Below are positions 39,467-47,469 of a stretch of DNA of 64,000 nucleotides, in pieces. How positions within the stretch are numbered: the stretch's first letter is position 1; each line of letters starts with the position of its first letter. The translations under genes were made by a program, and so were the position numbers. The DNA is from a virus. Lineage: Duplodnaviria > Caudoviricetes. The notes beneath the pieces were generated by a model. It ran no database searches. It saw only the letters and a list, made by a program, of their open reading frames with translations, and had not been told where the DNA came from. The stretch lies in the IMG/VR virus record IMGVR_UViG_3300020112_000918, positions 69,796 through 133,795 of that record; one strand, 5' to 3'.

Positions 39467-39641
39467 TGTTCACCTCCGCAGCGTATTCATTCAAGGTTTC
39501 TGCGAATATCTTACACAAGTCTTCATAAAAGTAGCCTTTAGAAAGGCAAACTTTTATAGCTGTTTTAAAGTCTTCTTTAGCTTGCTTTTTAGTAATCTTC
39601 GTCGATGCATTCATCGGCTTCTGTGTAGTATTCTCCATCAT
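39429..39641 (-). CDS. hypothetical protein (uncertain)
   Basis: Small ORF in an overlapping chain. Confidence 0.4.
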   Translation of the reverse strand: MMENTTQKPMNASTKITKKQAKEDFKTAIKVCLSKGYFYEDLCKIFAETLNEYAAEVNSVKKCAQVSEVS

Positions 39642-39777
39642 AGCCTTTCTCCATAAGTTTGTCGTAGCAGTCTGCGCAAACTAAACGAAAAAGAATTCCG
39701 TGGCAGTCGTAAGTAAAGCTCATTGAACTACGTGGGAATTCTTTTTCACAGTGAGCGCATTGTCTTGTGTCGCCCAT
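39589..39777 (-). CDS. small Zn-binding protein
   Basis: CAHC...CADC; ATG after AGGAG. Confidence 0.55.
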   Translation of the reverse strand: MGDTRQCAHCEKEFPRSSMSFTYDCHGILFRLVCADCYDKLMEKGYDGEYYTEADECIDEDY

Positions 39778-39785
39778 ACATTCTC

Positions 39786-40166
39786 CTACTGATTGAACCA
39801 CTGACCAGAATGCTGCATCCAGTACCAGCTGTTACCGTTTTCTTCTCTATCAGGAACTGACGGAGACAGGTTGATACCTACGTTTTCCTGAAGATAGATT
39901 TTGTCTTCTTCAGAAAGAGTAAGCCCCGTAATGTATTCACAGTAGGTTTCAAGATACTCTTTGAAAGCGTCTTTAACCCGTGTTACGATTTTTGTTCCTT
40001 CTTCATCAGTAGGGTATGTTTCCTTGTTTAACAAGTTCATAACCTCTCCCGTAGAAGAAGAATCGTAAACGAAGTTAGTGAAAACTTTCATAAAGTTGTT
40101 CATAATGTTTTTGCAGTCTAACTTTGTAGCTGCGCAGTCTATGTAAAGATTTACGACCATACGCAT
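39786..40166 (-). CDS. hypothetical protein
   Basis: GGAGG SD; bipartite promoter upstream. Confidence 0.65.
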   Translation of the reverse strand: MRMVVNLYIDCAATKLDCKNIMNNFMKVFTNFVYDSSSTGEVMNLLNKETYPTDEEGTKIVTRVKDAFKEYLETYCEYITGLTLSEEDKIYLQENVGINLSPSVPDREENGNSWYWMQHSGQWFNQ

Positions 40167-40205
40167 ACCTCCACTTATTCTAATTCCGACGAATTTCTAA
40201 AAGGT

Positions 40206-40358
40206 TTATTTTAATTTATAGTCGTATTGAACAAAATTTAGGGCAAAGCCTGTAGGAGTTATTTCCAACTCTTTCCAGTCGCTCTGACCTTTGTGAGCTA
40301 CAAGAATCTTCTTTCCAGATTCAATACTCTTTACAGTTTCTATCGGTGTAAGTAGCAT
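40206..40358 (-). CDS. 50-aa hypothetical protein (not in the ORF track)
   Basis: MLLTPIETVKSIESGKKILVAHKG..., AGGAGG SD. Confidence 0.55.
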   Translation of the reverse strand: MLLTPIETVKSIESGKKILVAHKGQSDWKELEITPTGFALNFVQYDYKLK

Positions 40359-40360
40359 GA

Positions 40361-40819
40361 CTAATAGTCCTCCTGATTTACTTCTATGTGAGCTTCATTA
40401 AGCAGCTCAAGCCCGTCTGAGTTTTTATAAGGTTCGCTATAAACAACCCGAGCAATTCCTGCAGCAATGATCAACTTAGCACAGGCTGAACAAGGAGCAG
40501 TTGTTGAATAAAGGGTGCAGTCTTTTGTAGCAACTCCATTTTTGGCAGCAAAAGCCAGACAATTCTGCTCTGCGTGGATTTCGTATTTCTCAGAAAACTC
40601 ATGGTGTGAAATAGTTTTTCGATTTAGAATTGCTGTTAAAGTTCTAGACGCAAAAATATCTGAACAATTGCAAAACCCCTTAGGAGTTCCGTTGTATCCT
40701 GTGCTCAGAATTCTTAAGTCCTTAACTAAAACGGCTCCAACCTTTCGTTTTGAGCAGCTTGATCTTCCAGCAAAAAGATCAGCTACCTGCAAAAAAGTTT
40801 TATCCCAGTCTTCCTTCAT
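40361..40819 (-). CDS. dCMP deaminase
   Basis: RSSC.KRKVGAVLV, STGYNG, HAEQN, PC..CAKLI. Confidence 0.93.
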   Translation of the reverse strand: MKEDWDKTFLQVADLFAGRSSCSKRKVGAVLVKDLRILSTGYNGTPKGFCNCSDIFASRTLTAILNRKTISHHEFSEKYEIHAEQNCLAFAAKNGVATKDCTLYSTTAPCSACAKLIIAAGIARVVYSEPYKNSDGLELLNEAHIEVNQEDY

Positions 40820-41001
40820 TAGTTATCTCCCTGAAACAATTCATCTACATGCCAGTAGCGAATTCCTTTGGGGATGCTTGTTCCGTCTTCGATGTGCTGT
40901 TTAATTTCTTCTGCAGAAAGTCCAAAAAACTTTTCTGCTTCTTCCAGGGAAAGACGCTTACCCTCGAACTCGTTCCATGCTACAATCATAAAATTCTCCA
41001 T
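40819..41001 (-). CDS. hypothetical protein
   Basis: 60 aa, TAATG-coupled to the deaminase gene. Confidence 0.5.
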   Translation of the reverse strand: MENFMIVAWNEFEGKRLSLEEAEKFFGLSAEEIKQHIEDGTSIPKGIRYWHVDELFQGDN

Positions 41002-41488
41002 TTCGTTTTTTATAAATCTTCTGATTAGATGACCCTCTGAGCTTCAAGGAAGAACTGCATAGATCTTTCTGAAAAGGACCATCTATAAGAACATCGGTCA
41101 GCTTAAGAATCTCGGTTATAAAAAGTTTGTCTTTTCTTCTGTGAGTTAATTCCTCAAGCTGGAATCCTGTCCACAAATAGACCTTAGTATCCGGAAGTTT
41201 AAACTTAATATAGGTTAATAAAGAGTGAACCAGAGATATGTTCTGTTCACACATCGGTTCACCCCCTAAAATAGAAAGATTTCTTTTAATTCCATCTTTA
41301 TTCAAGGCTGCCAAAATCTGTTCCTTAAAGTCTGGAGGAAGTTTCTTACCTCCGTTGTAGTCCCAAGTTTGTGGATTATGGCAACCCGGACAACGGAATG
41401 GGCATCCCTGTACCCAGAATGATACAGAGATTCCATCGTCGCTGTCTACAAAATCATTTTCAATAATTCCAGCGTAGCGGTTATTCAT
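40958..41488 (-). CDS. nrdG: anaerobic ribonucleotide reductase activase
   Basis: GCPFRCPGCHNPQTW, LGGEP, DVLIDGPF, RGSSNQ. Confidence 0.95.
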   Translation of the reverse strand: MNNRYAGIIENDFVDSDDGISVSFWVQGCPFRCPGCHNPQTWDYNGGKKLPPDFKEQILAALNKDGIKRNLSILGGEPMCEQNISLVHSLLTYIKFKLPDTKVYLWTGFQLEELTHRRKDKLFITEILKLTDVLIDGPFQKDLCSSSLKLRGSSNQKIYKKRNGEFYDCSMERVRG

Positions 41489-42080
41489 TGTTATATCCTT
41501 CAGTCTTCCACCCCGTCAATTCATCTGAGTGCTTATGACGATCGTTAGACTCCTTACGTTTTCCTTCATTAAAATACTGAAGGAAGGAACCTGTTAAGTA
41601 TCCTGTTACACGACGAAGTCTTTCAATAAATCCTGTAAGGACACGCTTAATCACATTTCCCTTTTCGTCCTTTTCTTCAGTAAACTCTTTTGCTCCGCAG
41701 TTAGGACAAGTATCTCCTTCAATTACTCCTTGATAACCGCAGTTCATACAAGTATCAATAGGAACATTGATAGCAAAATAAGGAATATCGTGAGCCATAG
41801 CGTAGTCAACTATCTGCTGAACAGCTTTTACATTATGGCGAGCATTTTCATCCAGCTCTACATAAGTGATACACCCCGCAGATGAAAAGCCTGTAAGTTT
41901 ACTTTCAATATCGATTTTCTGGAAGGGACTTAGTTCCTTCCAAACAGGAACGTGCATTGAGTTTGTAAAGTAACCTCTTTCTACGAGTTTTCCTTTCTCG
42001 TTACGATAAGCTGTTACGTTCTCAATAAGACCATACTTAGCTACGAACTTTTTGTAAGCTGTGAAACAAAGATTCTCTGC
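41481..42080 (-). CDS. nrdD: NrdD C-terminal fragment, exon 2 (glycyl-radical domain)
   Basis: AENLC, YFTNSMHVPV, CMNC...CPNC, RRVTGYL. Confidence 0.92.
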   Translation of the reverse strand, partial: AENLCFTAYKKFVAKYGLIENVTAYRNEKGKLVERGYFTNSMHVPVWKELSPFQKIDIESKLTGFSSAGCITYVELDENARHNVKAVQQIVDYAMAHDIPYFAINVPIDTCMNCGYQGVIEGDTCPNCGAKEFTEEKDEKGNVIKRVLTGFIERLRRVTGYLTGSFLQYFNEGKRKESNDRHKHSDELTGWKTEGYNNE

Positions 42081-42372
42081 CAAAACTCCACTGATTTTCA
42101 CCAGCAGTCAGACTATATTTTCAACTTCTATTTCTGTCACCAAAATAAAAGTGCCTCTCATTTCCAGCTGTTAAGCTGTACTCTACTCATTTATTCACTC
42201 AAGTCTTTCTCTTGAGCTATACTTTCGATAGTCGTTAGAGACATCCTCAATGAGGACTTCCTACGGGGTTAGCTTGCCTTTCAGTTTAGCCTTTCTTATC
42301 AGATTATTACTCTTCGCCCGTTTAGAGAGGGATTTTCATTTACTGTCACCAGTAAAGCACCCACTAGAATCT
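42081..42372 (-). mobile_element. group I intron (292 nt, no ORF)
   Basis: 5' exon ends ACACCU and pairs with intron GGGUG (U.G); R element CTAACGACTATC; S element AAATATAGTCTGAC; terminal G; splicing restores YYTP|AENLC in frame. Confidence 0.9.
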
Positions 42373-42465
42373 AGGTGTGTAATATACGCCAAAATTTAAT
42401 CGATGTGCGGATTTTTCTCGTAGCTTCTTATAAGCTAAGTCGTACTCCTTCTTTAAGTTCTCCAT
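42373..42465 (-). CDS. nrdD: NrdD C-terminal fragment, exon 1 (31 codons; not in the ORF track)
   Basis: AAGGAGG SD, then MENLKKEYDLAYKKLREKSAHRLNFGVYYTP. Confidence 0.85.
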
Positions 42466-43324
42466 TTAGTATTATCCTCCTTAGAGTTTCTTTTATAGAG
42501 TCTTGATTTGCTAACCAAGAGCTCTCTTTTATCCGAATAAGAAAAATTCCTTTTTCTTCACAGATTTTATCCTTTTCTTTATCTCGTTCTAAAGATTCTG
42601 GCAAATTATGCCAGTAGTCCCCATCATATTCCACTGCTATTTTTAATTCCGGTAAATATAAATCAAGCTCCATCGGAAAAATTGCAGCATGATCTGTGTG
42701 TTTAACAGAAGAGTAAAAAGATTTCACATACTCGTAAACCTCTATTTCCCCTTTAGAAAAATGAAAAGGTTCCACCAAATGACAAGGAGCATCTACTCCA
42801 TATCGTTGTTTTAAAGTTTTCATGGCTTTTTCCCTTACTGTCTTATTCTGAAAAGGATTTTCTACTCCATACTTCTCTAGATTTACTTGTTTAATCTTTT
42901 CTTTAATAGCACTGCTTTGAAAAGGATTCTCCACACCGTACTTCTTTAAGCAAGTTTCCTTAAATTTCTGAATTCCCCTTTCACTTAAAGCTCCATTTGC
43001 CACACCATATCTCTTCAAATTTGTGCTCTCATTTTTTAATCTCACAGAAGAATCTAGTTGAGTACATCGACAAGAACAGTGTAAATTATAGCCTTTTCTT
43101 GCATTAATAAAAGACTTTATAGGTCCTTTACAGATCGGACACTCAGGATAGTCTTTTAAATTGAATTTTAACCAATAAACTTTTTCTGCTAAAGTTGCTG
43201 GATTTTCAGGAAATTCTTTTTCTAAAGCCTTGATTAAATTCTCTTTACAAGATAAGCGTGCCTGCCACCCAAACGTAGAGGACTCAAATATACTAAGAAT
43301 ATCAGTTTTCACAGTGTTTTCCAT
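42428..43324 (-). CDS. free-standing homing endonuclease (Vsr/DUF559-like PD-(D/E)XK domain, KYGVENP repeats)
   Basis: CPIC...CSCRC, about four KYGVENPFQ-type repeats, ELDLYLPELKIAVEYDGDYWH. Confidence 0.85.
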   Translation of the reverse strand: MENTVKTDILSIFESSTFGWQARLSCKENLIKALEKEFPENPATLAEKVYWLKFNLKDYPECPICKGPIKSFINARKGYNLHCSCRCTQLDSSVRLKNESTNLKRYGVANGALSERGIQKFKETCLKKYGVENPFQSSAIKEKIKQVNLEKYGVENPFQNKTVREKAMKTLKQRYGVDAPCHLVEPFHFSKGEIEVYEYVKSFYSSVKHTDHAAIFPMELDLYLPELKIAVEYDGDYWHNLPESLERDKEKDKICEEKGIFLIRIKESSWLANQDSIKETLRRIILNGELKEGVRLSL

Positions 43325-43340
43325 ACAGAAATAGGGGTAC

Positions 43341-46300
43341 TTAAATTCTCTGCTGGGGTACAGAGTTTACATAATTCTGAATCTCAGTAAGTTCATTATC
43401 TGATAGTGGTCTCCGATACTTTTCTTCTAAAGAAAGACGCATTTCTTTTATAATGGCTTCCTTCGTCGGCTCAGCATAATGAACTTGTTCTTTGTAAGCA
43501 TCACACTTTTCTTTAAAAAGAGTTTCTATACGAATAGCAAGATTCATACCCTTTTCTTCTGTATGGTCACATCCTATAAGGATCTGAAGACACTCTGCTA
43601 AGCCTAACTGTCCAATAGCTAAAGTTCCGTGCTTAAGGGCTGAACGAATTCCTTCTTCTGGAACATAACCTTTCATAGTATTGTTCTGATACATAAACTT
43701 TGCAGAGTTTGGACTCTGAGAAGCAATCCACTCAAAGCGTTCAATAAGAGCGTCTTTTGTTTCGTCTATGTATTTTTCAAGCAGCTTCATAAACACGTCT
43801 ACTACAGCATCTGGATCAGATTTACTCTTCTTCTTAGCAAGCATAGCTACTGTTGGAAGAATGATGGTCTGCGGAGCAATATTTCCTCTTCCATCTCTCT
43901 GCATTGCTGAGCAAAGATAACTATCAGGAACGTCGCCTGTTTCCAGAATCTTTGTAAGCAAATCCAAAAAGTATTCTTTAGAAAAGTTGATATCGTAACC
44001 GTTATTTGTACGGCAATTATGCATAATGATATCAGAGCCAATGAAAGTTCCTGTCTCGGTTCCAATATCATAAGAGTCTACTGGCTCCCAGTGCCAGCTA
44101 ATATCCTCTACTTTTAGACGCAAACCATCTGCTCTGGATAGGAAATCTCCTACTTTTAGGTCTGCTGCTTTAGTAAAAGTCTCTCCCGTCCAAAGAGGGT
44201 GGTCTTCTGTACAAGAAAGACAATAGTGTTTTCCTTGTTCTTCGTAATAGATATGCATCATAAGCGGAGTGTTCAGCTTATCATTTTTGAAAACGTGGCG
44301 TACTTTAACCCATCGATTTTCTCTATCTAAAACTTTTATGTCTTCAGAAGATAAGTCAATTAAGTCCTGAGCAACTGAAGTATCGTGCTGAAATTGAGGA
44401 CGTTTATAAACTTTCTGTCCCTTAACAGTAATAGTCTTAAAGTATTTCTGAGAAGTGCCCTTAAAATTTACGTTAGGAATAGTTTCAATAAACCGTTTTT
44501 CTTCTGCTTCATAGTCTTCTGTATAAAGAAGAACTTCGAATATGTAGTGGGATAAATCTGAGTCACCGAAAGAAATTCCTGCGTCTAAACTTCCTTTAGT
44601 GCGAATATTTCCCCTATGCTCTGTAAGTCTTCGATTTACGTCTTTGCTACTTCCGATATAAGTTACATCTTCAGGAAGATAAGTAATTGCGTAGACTCCT
44701 GCTCCTACTTTTATCCCAGATTTGTGCTGTACCTTTTTATTTCCTGGAATTCTTAACTCTTCTTTATTGAAGAAAACCTTACAAGGTCGTGCTCTTAAAA
44801 CTCCAGTTTTACAGTATTCGTAAAAATCTTTTATAGAGATATCGTAAATACCTTGAGGAAGTTTTACGTACAGATGTTCTTTTCCGTCCAAAGCTCCCAT
44901 TGTAGAAAAGTCTTCTGTTGGCTGAACCTTTTCAGTAACAATAAGTTCCTCATTGTTTACTTCTACGTTAATCTTTTGTCCGATATCAGGATGCTTTTTG
45001 AAAATCTTTACAAGACCTTCGTAGTTTTCTGGAGAAAGGGTTCTGATAACTTCTTTCTTCAAAGCACGATCTTTTTTAATTCCCTCTGACTGAACTGACC
45101 AGTTACAGTTTGCATAGTTCGGATAAAGACGACGAACTGTAGAGTTAAGAGCCTTTTGATAAAATTCGTAATTAGGAGTTCCTTCCTTACCGTTCACATA
45201 TTTATCATACTGAAAAATCTGACAAGGGAAAATAGAAGTTCTTCCATATTTTCCTATACCAAGAATTGATGCACGATAAAAAGTCTCATTAAGAAGTTTT
45301 CCCTCTGGAGAAGTGTTTTTACCAAAGTTAATAGAAGAGAAAGGCAACTGATCCCCACTTCTTGAGAGTAGAGTGTTCAGATTGTGGTAAAGACCTTCGG
45401 CAGCCTGTTTTGTTTCAATGATAGTATCCAGCAAAGCACTCTGATACCATTTGCGACTAATTTTCTGAATTGTTCTACTTCCGAAATAGAAGTCGTCAAA
45501 AGACACATTCCAGTTTTTGAGGAATACCTCTTTATTATCCTGGAGCCACTCTTCAAAGGCATTTCTTACAATGCCGAAATCATCGACATAATCGTCAAGC
45601 ACAAGCTGTAAAAGGTTGAGACTTTTGAAGCTCTTTGAATCTTTAAGGGAAGCAATAATAAAATGCTTCATAAACGATTTTCTTACATAAATCTCAAGAG
45701 TGAAGTCCAGATGAGTGCAAGATACGCCCCCAAACTGCTGTAAAGACTGTGTCTGAACAAGAACTTGAATAAGCTGTTCTGCAGAAGAAATACTTCCAGC
45801 TGGACGGCAGTCTGAATTCTTTACAGTGAATCCGTTTGCTAAAGACTGATCTACAGGAAGACTTAAACAGTTATGTTCTCCAACACACCACTCAGACAAG
45901 TCATGCTCATAGGAAATATTGTCTCTGTGATTTTTTGCTGCCTTAGGTGATATGTAGTAATTCAGAGCAATTTCTTTATTAAGGGAGGAAGCTGCTTCAT
46001 TGTTTCTTCCCCCAAAAGATTCCTCATCTACATTCGCATTCTGGCGTTCATTTTTCTTCGCATCCAGCTTTTCACGATAGTTAGTAATCTCGTCTGTTGC
46101 TCCAAGACGTTCCCGATCTCTACGAGAACGGAATTCAATGTAGCTGCGAGCTACGTCATGCAGTTCTGCTCCCATAAGAGCGTTTTCCACGATTTTGTGA
46201 ATACCTGCAATTTTTATAGGCTTTGTGTCAGACCTTCTGTCTTCTAAACCAAGCCAAACCAATTTCATTACTCTCGCAACGTCTTCGTCGGAAAGTTTAC

Positions 46301-46397
46301 TCTCTGGAACTGTAGAACTTGCTGCTTTCTTGATTGCATTTACAATCTTCGCTTCATCAAAATCCACAATTCGTCCATCTCTTTTCTTTATAGTCAT
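43341..46397 (-). CDS. nrdD: NrdD N-terminal fragment (ATP cone) containing an intein
   Basis: IKKRDGRIVDFD ATP cone, HNCL, QFGG, PFSSINFG, TSIFP, MG|CRT, GRGNI, GQLGLAECL. Confidence 0.93.
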   Translation of the reverse strand: MTIKKRDGRIVDFDEAKIVNAIKKAASSTVPESKLSDEDVARVMKLVWLGLEDRRSDTKPIKIAGIHKIVENALMGAELHDVARSYIEFRSRRDRERLGATDEITNYREKLDAKKNERQNANVDEESFGGRNNEAASSLNKEIALNYYISPKAAKNHRDNISYEHDLSEWCVGEHNCLSLPVDQSLANGFTVKNSDCRPAGSISSAEQLIQVLVQTQSLQQFGGVSCTHLDFTLEIYVRKSFMKHFIIASLKDSKSFKSLNLLQLVLDDYVDDFGIVRNAFEEWLQDNKEVFLKNWNVSFDDFYFGSRTIQKISRKWYQSALLDTIIETKQAAEGLYHNLNTLLSRSGDQLPFSSINFGKNTSPEGKLLNETFYRASILGIGKYGRTSIFPCQIFQYDKYVNGKEGTPNYEFYQKALNSTVRRLYPNYANCNWSVQSEGIKKDRALKKEVIRTLSPENYEGLVKIFKKHPDIGQKINVEVNNEELIVTEKVQPTEDFSTMGALDGKEHLYVKLPQGIYDISIKDFYEYCKTGVLRARPCKVFFNKEELRIPGNKKVQHKSGIKVGAGVYAITYLPEDVTYIGSSKDVNRRLTEHRGNIRTKGSLDAGISFGDSDLSHYIFEVLLYTEDYEAEEKRFIETIPNVNFKGTSQKYFKTITVKGQKVYKRPQFQHDTSVAQDLIDLSSEDIKVLDRENRWVKVRHVFKNDKLNTPLMMHIYYEEQGKHYCLSCTEDHPLWTGETFTKAADLKVGDFLSRADGLRLKVEDISWHWEPVDSYDIGTETGTFIGSDIIMHNCRTNNGYDINFSKEYFLDLLTKILETGDVPDSYLCSAMQRDGRGNIAPQTIILPTVAMLAKKKSKSDPDAVVDVFMKLLEKYIDETKDALIERFEWIASQSPNSAKFMYQNNTMKGYVPEEGIRSALKHGTLAIGQLGLAECLQILIGCDHTEEKGMNLAIRIETLFKEKCDAYKEQVHYAEPTKEAIIKEMRLSLEEKYRRPLSDNELTEIQNYVNSVPQQRI
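44016..44894 (-). mobile_element. Ala1 intein with a GIY-YIG endonuclease (293 aa)
   Basis: MG|ALDGKE...GVYAITY...YIGSSKDVNRRLTEH...CTEDHPL...SYDIGT...MHN|CRT. Confidence 0.9.
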
Positions 46398-46505
46398 TAT
46401 TTCCCTCTTTGTATAAGCTACACTAAAATAGGATTTTTACAAGAGTCCCTTACTTCATATAATTCCGAAAAAAGTAGAAAAGGGTATACTTACTCCTATT
46501 TTTGT

Positions 46506-46934
46506 ATGGAAGAAAACTCAATCACTGTAATAATTGTAAATCCTCGTAACGACCGTCTTTATAATTACTGGATAAATGGCTCTCTTGAAAAGCGTTGTAT
46601 GTTAAAAGAACGAATGAGAGAGTTCTGTCTAAATTTGTGCCCTTCGAAAGCCCGTGACATAAATCGTTGTATTGACGACATTCTTCCTTTCGTAGTTTAT
46701 GTAGAACAGGGATTCTTTCAGGAGCTAGAAGAAGAAGCCCCTCCTCCTACTCCGAAAGCTACTCGTCTGTTCCCTATGAGAAAAGCAATCTACTCAGGAA
46801 AAAATGTTTCTGTAGAAAAAGAAAAAACCCTTGCAGAAAAGCAAGGGCATAAGTTTAATATCTGGGAAAAATATAATATTCAGCTGGATAATCGTAAAAC
46901 CAAAGAAAGCGTCTTTAAAGAGCGAAAACTCTAG
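46506..46934 (+). CDS. hypothetical protein
   Basis: 142 aa; CCTATTT 4 nt upstream of the ATG. Confidence 0.65.
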   Translation: MEENSITVIIVNPRNDRLYNYWINGSLEKRCMLKERMREFCLNLCPSKARDINRCIDDILPFVVYVEQGFFQELEEEAPPPTPKATRLFPMRKAIYSGKNVSVEKEKTLAEKQGHKFNIWEKYNIQLDNRKTKESVFKERKL

Positions 46935-47187
46935 TAAAGAGCTCTTTGTCTTTCGAATCTCTCAGTTTGTCATAGTAAGACTTCATCAGATCCATAAAAG
47001 CCTTTCTGTCCAGATGCTGGATTTCCTGATAGGTGTAATCCCAAAGGTCTAGAACGCAAGAAATCTGATGAACGAGCTTTCCTACTTCAAGGTCATCTGC
47101 CTCAGGTTTCTTATACTTCTTCACAAACACAATGAGTCCAAGCTCTATGAGACGCTGATTTGTTTTTCCTTCTTCAAGTCTTACCAT
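46915..47187 (-). CDS. hypothetical protein
   Basis: MVRLEEG; GAGG SD. Confidence 0.55.
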   Translation of the reverse strand: MVRLEEGKTNQRLIELGLIVFVKKYKKPEADDLEVGKLVHQISCVLDLWDYTYQEIQHLDRKAFMDLMKSYYDKLRDSKDKELFTRVFAL

Positions 47188-47189
47188 GT

Positions 47190-47387
47190 CTATCCTCTGT
47201 TCTTAACCTTGTCCAAGTCAGAAATGTAATAAGTATCTGTTCTTCCTGGAAGTCTTTCTAATGCAGGGAATTCAACTGTTGCTACGTCGCCCCGTAATTT
47301 TGTGATAGTTCCTATACGGCAGTTTTTATCAAACTTTCGAACAACCTCATCACCTACAGAAAGAGAACTTTCGTGAATAATCGTCAT
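47190..47387 (-). CDS. small SH3/KOW-like protein
   Basis: MTIIHESSLSVGDEVV...GTI......ATVEF; GGAG SD. Confidence 0.55.
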   Translation of the reverse strand: MTIIHESSLSVGDEVVRKFDKNCRIGTITKLRGDVATVEFPALERLPGRTDTYYISDLDKVKNRG

Positions 47388-47469
47388 ACTTTCTCCAAAA
47401 AGAAAGGGACTTATCCTCGTCAGAGTCAAAGTCCCTAAGAATTCGAGTTAACTAAATAGGCTAACTGTA

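Noticed and set aside
41481-42101. GTG start for the NrdD C-terminal ORF as given in the track
   Set aside because: The first seven codons lie within the group I intron; the real start is 42465.
43341-43500. Split intein or second intron at the nrdD/endonuclease break
   Set aside because: No Cys/Ser-start or HN-end intein motifs, and no non-coding room or R/S elements for an intron core around the endonuclease gene.
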